IMG/VR virus record: IMGVR_UViG_3300028586_000061
Span: 1 to 30,088 of that record
Length of the DNA: 30,088 nt
DNA from: a virus
Lineage: Duplodnaviria > Caudoviricetes
Strand: one strand, 5' to 3'
A program made the translations under genes and the position numbers. Under the pieces are notes generated by a model. That model was not told the origin of the DNA. It saw nothing but the letters and a program-made list of their open reading frames with translations, and searched no databases. Positions within the stretch are counted from its first letter, which is position 1, and every line of letters begins with the position of its first letter. Below are positions 1-6,658 of this stretch, in pieces.

Positions 1-51
1 CAATACGTCGCGGCGATCAAGCCGGCTCGTAACCCGAAGGCGAGCGTCTGA
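1..51 (+). CDS. 3' end of an upstream gene (partial, ...QYVAAIKPARNPKASV*)
   Basis: Frame 1 is open from base 1 to TGA at 49-51, which overlaps the next ATG (TGATG coupling as elsewhere in the window). Confidence 0.5.
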   Translation, partial: QYVAAIKPARNPKASV

Positions 52-530
52 TGCCGGCGCCATCACCGGGACGCATCGCCTGGATCGAGCGGGTGACCGA
101 TCAATGGGCCGCGCAGGCGGCGGCGCTGCAGGTGGACGATCACCCCAGCGCAGCGATCCGCGCGACAGTGCTCGACGGCATCGTCCGCCGACTGCGCGAC
201 GAGCTGCCCGCGCGTGCGCCGGCCGCCGGTCCCAACGCAGCCGAGGCCGACCGGCTGGAGGCGATCATGGCGCGATGCAAGGGCCCGTACTTCAACGAGA
301 AGTGGGGCGGCATGGTCAACGACGCGCCCTTCCTCGACGATGTCGAGCACACCCTGCGGTGCCGCATTGCGCGCCTGCGAGGCCTGCCGGACCCGCCCTA
401 CGTCTATCTGCGCACCTCGCCCGCCGGTGAGGCGCCGCCGGTACCGATCGCGCCACCACCGATCCCACCCCCCGAAGCGGTACCGTTCCGCGCCGGACCC
501 CAGCTTTCCCTCTTCGAAGTCGCGGCATGA
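51..530 (+). CDS. Hypothetical protein with Pro-rich linker and C-terminal QLSLF beta-clamp-type motif
   Basis: 159-aa ORF coupled to both neighbours (TGATG at 49-53, ATGA at 527-530); ends ...GPQLSLFEVAA. Confidence 0.7.
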   Translation: MPAPSPGRIAWIERVTDQWAAQAAALQVDDHPSAAIRATVLDGIVRRLRDELPARAPAAGPNAAEADRLEAIMARCKGPYFNEKWGGMVNDAPFLDDVEHTLRCRIARLRGLPDPPYVYLRTSPAGEAPPVPIAPPPIPPPEAVPFRAGPQLSLFEVAA

Positions 531-1540
531 GCAACAAGGTATCCACCCTCGTCTATAGCAAGCTGACCGGGTCGATGGCCCGGAAGGGCATCCTCGGCTA
601 CATGGCCGACAAGGCCAGCGACGACGGCTCGGGCATCTGGTGCTCGAAGCAGACGATCGCGGCCGAGGTCGAGTGCAGCAAGCAGACCGTCATCACCACG
701 ATGCGCGGGCTGGTCGCCGATGGACTGATCAAGGAAGTCGGCCAGCGTAAGGCGCGCAACGGCTATACGGTCGAGTATGTGATCGTGCTGGCGGCGGTGA
801 AGAAGCTGCCGGACGCCAAGGGCGACACTGATGCCGGTGACAAAGCAAAGGGTCCAAAATTGGACCGGTCAACGGGTTTGACCGCAAAGGGTCAAGCAGC
901 TTTACCCAAACCATCCTGGAACCCTCCCCTTGAAGAAGCTGACGCTTCTTCTGCCCCCGGCGGGGCTGAAAAAGGCTCGGCGGTGCCGGACGATGATGGT
1001 TCGAAGGGCAAGTCGGCCGGGTGGACTGTCCCGGTGATCGCCGACCTGCCGGCGAAGGTACAGGCCATCGTCCGGCAGTGGCCCGCTGGGGCTTACGACA
1101 CGCTCGGCGCCGGGCATGCGGCGTGGCTGAAGGGCAAGCGGCGCGTCCGTGATCGCGATAGCAGCTGGCATGCTCGGATCGTCCAGCTGGGCGACCAGCC
1201 GATCCGCGCCGCCAAGGCCGGCCTGCGCTACGAAACCACCGCGGCCGTCTCGGCAACAGTGCCGGCGGCGGCGATCGCCCGGTGCGACGCCAGTGGCGAG
1301 GGGTTGGAAGCGGCGGCGCTGCGCACGGCGTTGCGCGATACCTTCGGCGCGGCGATGTACGGGCAGTGGTTCGAGCCTTGCCGGTACGATCTCGCTGGCG
1401 ATTGCCTGACGGTGGTCGCGCCGAAGGCGTTCGTCCGGGACTGGCTGCGCAATAATCGTGAAGGCCATCTGGCCGAAGCCGCCTCGCTGATCCTCGGCAC
1501 GCGCGCCAGCGTCCAGTGGAGGCTCGACGCGGCCGCGTGA
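527..1540 (+). CDS. Phage replication initiator: N-terminal winged HTH plus C-terminal DnaA domain-I-like region
   Basis: N-term ADKASDDGSGIWCSKQTIAAEVECSKQTV is typical of phage HTH initiators; C-term LRDTFGAAMYGQWFEPC...LTVVAPKAFVRDWLRNN resembles DnaA N-terminal domain; iteron-like palindromes mid-gene. Confidence 0.8.
   Translation: MSNKVSTLVYSKLTGSMARKGILGYMADKASDDGSGIWCSKQTIAAEVECSKQTVITTMRGLVADGLIKEVGQRKARNGYTVEYVIVLAAVKKLPDAKGDTDAGDKAKGPKLDRSTGLTAKGQAALPKPSWNPPLEEADASSAPGGAEKGSAVPDDDGSKGKSAGWTVPVIADLPAKVQAIVRQWPAGAYDTLGAGHAAWLKGKRRVRDRDSSWHARIVQLGDQPIRAAKAGLRYETTAAVSATVPAAAIARCDASGEGLEAAALRTALRDTFGAAMYGQWFEPCRYDLAGDCLTVVAPKAFVRDWLRNNREGHLAEAASLILGTRASVQWRLDAAA
845..966. repeat. Putative phage replication origin (palindromic iterons inside the initiator gene)
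   Basis: GGTCCAA-AA-TTGGACC (851-866), GGTCAA-CGGGT-TTGACC (867-883), GGGTCAAG-CAG-CTTTACCC (889-907); direct repeat GCAAAGGGTC at 845 and 884; GAAGAAGC-TGAC-GCTTCTTC (932-951); locally AT-richer. Confidence 0.7.
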
Positions 1541-1932
1541 CCGACGAGACCTCGTTTCCTGTACCGTATACGAGCAGCGCCTGTGATCGCGTGCTGACGG
1601 CGATCCGCATCTATCGCCGCCAGCATGGTCGCTCACCTAGCCTAGGTGAGATCGCCCGCCGGGCATCTGTCAGGCGTCAGCATGTCGGCCGCTACTTGGT
1701 GCGCCTGCAGATCGCCGGGCTGCTCGTCTATGACCGCCACGCGATCGAACCGATTATGCTCGCCGATCCCACCGCCAACCTCTCCGACATCGATCTCGAG
1801 GTCGCCTGCCATGATCGGGGATGGACGGTCATCATGTCACGCGCTCCGGCTGTTGCTTCTGCGTTTCCCGTCGATCCGGTGGTGCCGAATTGGGAACTGC
1901 CGTTGTTGGACAAACTCGGTCAGATAGACTGA
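1537..1932 (+). CDS. LexA N-terminal-like winged-HTH DNA-binding protein (no peptidase domain)
   Basis: GTG start overlaps previous stop (GTGA 1537-1540); RVLTAIRIYRRQHGRSPSLGEIARRASV...YLVRLQIAGLL matches the LexA DNA-binding pattern. Confidence 0.7.
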   Translation: MTDETSFPVPYTSSACDRVLTAIRIYRRQHGRSPSLGEIARRASVRRQHVGRYLVRLQIAGLLVYDRHAIEPIMLADPTANLSDIDLEVACHDRGWTVIMSRAPAVASAFPVDPVVPNWELPLLDKLGQID

Positions 1933-1965
1933 ATGCAGCCACCGCTGCGGCGGGGTGCAGTCTGA

Positions 1966-2850
1966 ATGCTCGATAAGATCAAGGTGAAGGCACGTGGCGG
2001 CCAGGTTGCGTTCGCCGGCACACCTAAGCGTCAGATGGAGCAGCTTCTCGAAATCGCGGCGATCACCGGGTTGCCGGAGGCACAGCGCGATCCCGAGATG
2101 ATCGCCTCGCTCAAGGTCCCGCAGATCGGTGATGCCCCCCGTGTCGCCGATCGAACCGTGCGGCGGCGATCCCGCGTCGAGTGCCTCGCGCGTGCCGGCG
2201 TACTGGAGCCGCATGAGGCGCAGGCCTGCGAATGGTATGCCGAGCGGGTGGCGCTCGCATGGGATACCACCGGCTGCACGGCGAATTACGAGGGTGGCGG
2301 ATCGGGCGGCGGGGCAGACGCGCCGGATCGGGCCATGGCGAAAAATCAGGAGGTCAGCTGGGCGCGTGACGATTGCCGCGAAATCCGCGCGATGCTCGGT
2401 GGGTCGATGACGGAAGCATTCGAGGCGATCGTCTGTCGCAACGAATCGATGGGGGCTACCGCGGCCGGCGCCTTCCCCCAGCTGGGGCGCAGCGCGGCTG
2501 AGGAGAGGCTGCGCACCACGGTCAAATTCTGCGCCAACAAGCTGCATGAGCGGTACAGCGGGCTGATGCGTTGGCTGGACGCGCCTGAGGTAAAGGCCGT
2601 GCCGATCGCGAAGCCTGCGCCGATCGCGGCGGTGAAGGCCAAGCCGGTGACGATCGTCGACGAGATCGCGGCGGCTGTCGCGCTCCGGAGCGAGGGCGCG
2701 GCAGCGCTGTGGGTATCGTCCGAGGTGCTGGCCTTGCTGAAGCGGACCATGAACCGCCGCGCGCTGGAGACCTTCGGAGGCCTGCCGGTGGTGGAGCGGC
2801 CGGCTTGGCGCTGGGGCTATGTCATCGTTGATGCCGCCGAGGCAGTATAA
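1966..2850 (+). CDS. Hypothetical protein, putative late-gene regulator/antiterminator (DUF6456-like by eye)
   Basis: 294-aa ORF, last gene of the replication region, directly upstream of a promoter-terminator pair (position of lambda Q); function inferred from position only. Confidence 0.5.
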   Translation: MLDKIKVKARGGQVAFAGTPKRQMEQLLEIAAITGLPEAQRDPEMIASLKVPQIGDAPRVADRTVRRRSRVECLARAGVLEPHEAQACEWYAERVALAWDTTGCTANYEGGGSGGGADAPDRAMAKNQEVSWARDDCREIRAMLGGSMTEAFEAIVCRNESMGATAAGAFPQLGRSAAEERLRTTVKFCANKLHERYSGLMRWLDAPEVKAVPIAKPAPIAAVKAKPVTIVDEIAAAVALRSEGAAALWVSSEVLALLKRTMNRRALETFGGLPVVERPAWRWGYVIVDAAEAV

Positions 2851-2890
2851 TCTGTTCAGGTTGACTCCCGGCAAAATAATCGGCAAATGA
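2846..2890 (+). promoter_or_regulatory. Putative late promoter region
   Basis: AT-rich intergenic stretch; TTGACT at 2861-2866 with a weak -10 around 2883-2889; TATAAT at 2846-2851 without a well-spaced -35; CGGCAAA repeated at 2869 and 2881. Confidence 0.5.
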
Positions 2891-2914
2891 CCACCATCCC
2901 GTAGTGGGTTTCCG

Positions 2915-2947
2915 AAGGCTCGTCGATGCGACGGGCCTTTGTCGTAT
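2915..2947 (+). terminator. Putative intrinsic terminator (tR'-like)
   Basis: AAGGCTCGTCG-ATG-CGACGGGCCTT stem (11 bp, one G-U) running into TTTGTCGTAT. Confidence 0.6.
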
Positions 2948-3010
2948 CTGGCGATGATCGCCTTACGACACCCTCGCCTCACTGCGCTTCTATCATCTTC
3001 GGAGACCGTC

Positions 3011-3427
3011 ATGCGGACCATCATGGGCCTATTGTCGCTGTGCGTCCTCACCACCCTGACGGCCTGCGGGCCGTCGGTGAAGGAGCAATGCGCGCAGGCG
3101 AAGAACCCCACCGAGTGCGCCCAGGTCGCGAGCGCCGGTGGCGATGTCAGCGACTATCTCGTCTACGGCATGGCAGGCTATATGCTGTCGAGCGCCATCA
3201 ACGGCAGCGGTCAGCGCCAGTCGGTCATCGTGGCTGATCCATCCTATCATGGCTATCGCCGCCCGATCGCGTCGTATCAGTCGAGCCGCAACCACGTGCG
3301 CCGGTCGGGCACCACCACGACCACCACGACTAGGCGCACCATGTTCGGTGGCACCAAGACCACGACGGTGACGAGCCGGTGGTCGTCGCGCCCGAGCCGT
3401 TCGAGCTTTCGGTCCGGGCGGCGCTGA
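3011..3427 (+). CDS. Putative lipoprotein with Arg/Thr/Ser-rich tail (DUF1190/YgiB-like motifs)
   Basis: GGAGA RBS at 3001, ATG 3011; MRTIMGLLSLCVLTTLTA-C lipobox; GMAGYMLS and TTTRRTMFGG motifs recall DUF1190. Confidence 0.7.
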   Translation: MRTIMGLLSLCVLTTLTACGPSVKEQCAQAKNPTECAQVASAGGDVSDYLVYGMAGYMLSSAINGSGQRQSVIVADPSYHGYRRPIASYQSSRNHVRRSGTTTTTTTRRTMFGGTKTTTVTSRWSSRPSRSSFRSGRR

Positions 3428-3429
3428 GC

Positions 3430-3681
3430 GTGGACGGCCGCGGCTCCCTAGCGACCACCCATTACGAGGTGGTCGACGATCGTGATGCCGTGGTCGGCAG
3501 CATGAAGCACAACACGGTCGAGCAGGCGCTGGAGATGAAGGCCGCGTTCGGCGACCTGTTCCATGGCATGTCTATGCATGTCGCGAGGGTCACCGAGACG
3601 GTGGTCGTGCAGCGGCACGTCGAGCGCATGGCCGAGAACCCGCACAAGATCATGCGCGCCGCGCGCAAGCAGGCCGCGTGA
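3430..3681 (+). CDS. Hypothetical protein (start uncertain)
   Basis: Part of ORF 3379-3681; GTG at 3430 directly follows the upstream stop; GC3-rich codons; stop coupled to next ATG. Confidence 0.55.
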   Translation: MDGRGSLATTHYEVVDDRDAVVGSMKHNTVEQALEMKAAFGDLFHGMSMHVARVTETVVVQRHVERMAENPHKIMRAARKQAA

Positions 3682-3851
3682 TGCCCGACGCCAACCAGGT
3701 GAAGGCTATCCAGCTGCGCAATCTGGCGTTCGAGATGGAGACGCTGGCCGACCGGGTCGCACAGCCATCACGCTGCACCGAACGATCCGAGCTGTTGATC
3801 GCCGAGGGCGAGCGCATCGCCGCCGCCACCCGCGCCGTGTTCCGCGGCTAG
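3681..3851 (+). CDS. Small hypothetical protein (56 aa, not in ORF track)
   Basis: TGATG coupling at 3679-3683; MPDANQVKAIQLRNLAFEMETLADRVAQPSRCTERSELLIAEGERIAAATRAVFRG*. Confidence 0.6.
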   Translation: MPDANQVKAIQLRNLAFEMETLADRVAQPSRCTERSELLIAEGERIAAATRAVFRG

Positions 3852-3877
3852 GATCGGCCCCACCCCCCCCACCCCTT

Positions 3878-3920
3878 GGGTCCTTCCCGGGTCGATCGTG
3901 ATACGGGGGGCAAAGGCGCG
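3878..3920 (+). other. Putative cos packaging site (cosQ-like plus cosN-like)
   Basis: GGGTCCT at 3878-3884 (identical to lambda cosQ), then ...ATACGGGGGGCAAAGGCGCG resembling lambda TTACG-GGGCGGCGACCT-CGCG; immediately upstream of terS. Confidence 0.7.
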
Positions 3921-3976
3921 ACGGTCCGCTAGCTGCAGGCATTTTTCGCACTTCATCATCATTGGGGCGAAAAACC

Positions 3977-4609
3977 ATGGATTTGGCGGGTTACAAGCCG
4001 ACGCTCAATGAAGTGGCGGCCCTCTTCGGCAAATCCAGCCGTTGGATCTCGGACCTTCGCGCCAAGGGCGACCTGCCCGGCGACGGCGCAACGCTCGCGG
4101 AGTTTGTCGCCGGCTGGACGAGCAACGCGGCCGTCTCGAACGGCGGCAAGTCGATCGACCAGCACAAGGCGCGTCTAGCGGCGGCGAAAGCCGACGAGGC
4201 GGAGATGAAAAACGCCAACCAGCGGCGCGAGCTGCTGCCGCGGCCGCTGGTCACGCTGGCGGTGCAGGGCGCATTTGCCCGAGTCCGCGGCAAGCTGCTG
4301 GCATTACCCAGCAAATGCGCTCCCGCGATCGCCGGCATGAAGTCTGCCGTCGCGATCCAGGACAAACTGACGGAGCTTGTGCATGAAGCGCTCGCCGAGC
4401 TGTCGACGACCATCGTCGACGCCGAGCCGGCAAGCGACGATCGCGATCCACCTGGTACACAGCGAGGAGCTGGCGGCGACGGCGCGGGAGTGGTGGCCGG
4501 TATTCACCCCACCGCCCCGGCTGACGGTCAGCCAGTGGGCGGACACGACGCGCAAGCTAAGCCCCGAGGCAAGCGCCGAGCCCGGGCAGTGGGACACGAG
4601 CCGGGCTGA
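3977..4609 (+). CDS. terS: Terminase small subunit (lambda gpNu1-like)
   Basis: N-terminal HTH (TLNEVAALFGKSSRWISDL), KARLAAAKADEAEMKN...RELLP, KLLALPSK motifs of the Nu1 family; precedes TerL. Confidence 0.88.
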   Translation: MDLAGYKPTLNEVAALFGKSSRWISDLRAKGDLPGDGATLAEFVAGWTSNAAVSNGGKSIDQHKARLAAAKADEAEMKNANQRRELLPRPLVTLAVQGAFARVRGKLLALPSKCAPAIAGMKSAVAIQDKLTELVHEALAELSTTIVDAEPASDDRDPPGTQRGAGGDGAGVVAGIHPTAPADGQPVGGHDAQAKPRGKRRARAVGHEPG

Positions 4610-6446
4610 GTTCCAGCGCGGCATCATGGACTCGGTCAGCGATCCGCTGATCGAGGAAACGGTCGTGATGAAGTCCGCTCAGGTCGGGTGGACGGAGATC
4701 ATCAACAATATCGCCGGGTTTTTCATCGACCAGGACCCGGCTCCGATCATGGTCGTGCAGCCGACGCTGGAAATGGCGGAAGGCTGGTCGACCGACCGCC
4801 TCGCGCCGATGGTGCGCGATACGCCGGCGCTGACGAAGAAGATCGCGGACGCGAAATCACGGGATAGCGGCAACAAGCTGCTGCAAAAGCGATTCCCCGG
4901 TGGTCAGTTGGTGATCGTCGGGGCGAACAGTCCCGCTTCACTGGCATCGCGTCCGATCCGCGTCGTGCTGGCGGACGAGGTCGATCGATACCCGGCGACT
5001 GCCGGTGTCGAGGGCGATCCGTTGACGCTGGCCTACAAGCGGACGAACAACTTCTGGAACCGGCGGAAGCTGGCGGGCTCCACGCCTACAATCGCGGGCG
5101 CCAGCCGGATCGAGGCGAAGTTCGAGGAGTCCGACAAGCGGTTCTTCTTTGTGCCCTGCCACGAATGCGGCGAGCATCAGGTGCTGAAGTGGGAGCAGGT
5201 CCGCTGGGATAAGACGCCCGCCGGCGGCCACCTGCCTGACACCGCCTACTACGTCTGCGAGCACAACGGTTGCATCTGGGATGATGCCGATCGTTGGGCG
5301 GCCGTTCTCAAGGGCAAGTGGCGAGCGACCGCACCGTTCACCGGGATCGCCGGCTTCCATATCTGGGAAGCCTATTCGTCCTGGGTGAAGCTGTCGGCAA
5401 CGGTGACGGCCTTTCTAGAGGCTCGCAAGAAACCGGACACCTACAAGGTCTGGACCAACACGGCGCTGGGTCAGACTTGGGTGGAAAAGGGCGAGGCGCC
5501 CGACTGGCAGCGGCTCTACGAACGCCGGTCGAAGGAGCTGAGGTTGGGCGAGGTTCCGGATTGGGTCGCCCGCATCACGGTCGGCACCGACGTCCAACGC
5601 GACCGCGTCGAGGCGAGCGTGTGGGGGTGGGGCGCGGGTCTGCGCAGTGTCCTGATCGATCACCGCGTCTTCATGGGCGATCCCGCCGGTGAAGCCGTCT
5701 GGAAGGAGATGGACGCCTTTCTGACCGAGGAATGGGAGGCGCCGGACGGGCGCCGCCTCCGAATGTCGAAGCTGGCGATCGACACCGGCGACGGCATGTC
5801 GACCACCCATGTCTACGCATGGGCACGGAAGCATCCGCGCGAGGTGATGGCGATCAAGGGCGTCGGGTCGTTCAATGCCTCGGTACCGGTCATGGGACCG
5901 ACTTGGGCGGACGTCACCGTGCGCGGCCGCAAGGTTTCCCGCGGCGTCCAACTGTGGACGATCGCCGTCTCGCTGTTCAAGTCCGAGACCTATGCTTGGC
6001 TGCGATTGGATCAGCCGACCGACGGTGGTGAGTACCCTCCGGGCTATATCCACCTGCCCGACGGCGTCGACGCGGAGTGGTTGCAGCAGCTGGTCGCCGA
6101 GCAACTCGTGTCGATCAAGAACAAGCGAACCGGCTTCACCCGGCAGGAATGGCAAAAGACCCGCCCCCGCAACGAGGCGATCGACTGCCGGGTCTACGCG
6201 CGCGCCGCGGCGTACGCGATGGGGCTGGATCGCTGGTCCGAGGTGAAATGGGCGCGGGCGACCGGCCAGAAGTCGGGCGCGGCGCGGCCTGAGCGTGAGA
6301 AGCCGGCGGCGCTGCCCAGCGCTGACGTCGCATCCGGTGAGCCGGCGGCCTCGACCACGCAGGTGACGGCCAAGCCGAAGGCAAAGCCGAAGATCAACCC
6401 GCTGACCGGGCGACCCCGGGGCAGCCATTTTGGAGGCAGGCGCTGA
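4383..6446 (+). CDS. terL: Terminase large subunit (lambda gpA family)
   Basis: PPPRLTVSQWAD, Walker A-like MKSAQVGWTE, Walker B VVLADEVDRYP, GSTPT, CHECGEHQ Zn motif, GTDVQ and RNEAIDCRVYA nuclease motifs; GGAG at 4372-4375 before ATG 4383 (start not certain). Confidence 0.96.
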   Translation: MKRSPSCRRPSSTPSRQATIAIHLVHSEELAATAREWWPVFTPPPRLTVSQWADTTRKLSPEASAEPGQWDTSRAEFQRGIMDSVSDPLIEETVVMKSAQVGWTEIINNIAGFFIDQDPAPIMVVQPTLEMAEGWSTDRLAPMVRDTPALTKKIADAKSRDSGNKLLQKRFPGGQLVIVGANSPASLASRPIRVVLADEVDRYPATAGVEGDPLTLAYKRTNNFWNRRKLAGSTPTIAGASRIEAKFEESDKRFFFVPCHECGEHQVLKWEQVRWDKTPAGGHLPDTAYYVCEHNGCIWDDADRWAAVLKGKWRATAPFTGIAGFHIWEAYSSWVKLSATVTAFLEARKKPDTYKVWTNTALGQTWVEKGEAPDWQRLYERRSKELRLGEVPDWVARITVGTDVQRDRVEASVWGWGAGLRSVLIDHRVFMGDPAGEAVWKEMDAFLTEEWEAPDGRRLRMSKLAIDTGDGMSTTHVYAWARKHPREVMAIKGVGSFNASVPVMGPTWADVTVRGRKVSRGVQLWTIAVSLFKSETYAWLRLDQPTDGGEYPPGYIHLPDGVDAEWLQQLVAEQLVSIKNKRTGFTRQEWQKTRPRNEAIDCRVYARAAAYAMGLDRWSEVKWARATGQKSGAARPEREKPAALPSADVASGEPAASTTQVTAKPKAKPKINPLTGRPRGSHFGGRR

Positions 6447-6658
6447 TGGCATTCACGCAAGCCGACCTCACGAACATCCGCGCCTGCATTGGCAGCGGCG
6501 TGCTGGAAACCCGCTTCGCGGACGGCAGCTCGGTCCGATATCAGTCGCTCGCCGACATGATGGCGGCCGAGACGCGGATCGCCAGCGCGATCGCCAGCAC
6601 CACCCCCGGCGCCGCCCGCCGGCGGCGTCATACACCTGCATGGCGGAACGGCTGCTGA
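6446..6658 (+). CDS. Head completion / head-tail joining protein (gpW-like)
   Basis: 70 aa between TerL and portal; GVLETRFADGSSVRYQSLADM pattern; coupled on both sides. Confidence 0.85.
   Translation: MAFTQADLTNIRACIGSGVLETRFADGSSVRYQSLADMMAAETRIASAIASTTPGAARRRRHTPAWRNGC

Noticed and set aside
1934-1960. Imperfect hairpin and 10-codon ORF between the HTH gene and the late regulator
   Set aside because: Bulged stem, no U tract, and easily arising by chance in GC-rich DNA
2851-3010. tRNA or structured ncRNA in the intergenic region
   Set aside because: No cloverleaf or T-loop motif seen; only a promoter-like stretch and one terminator hairpin are supportable
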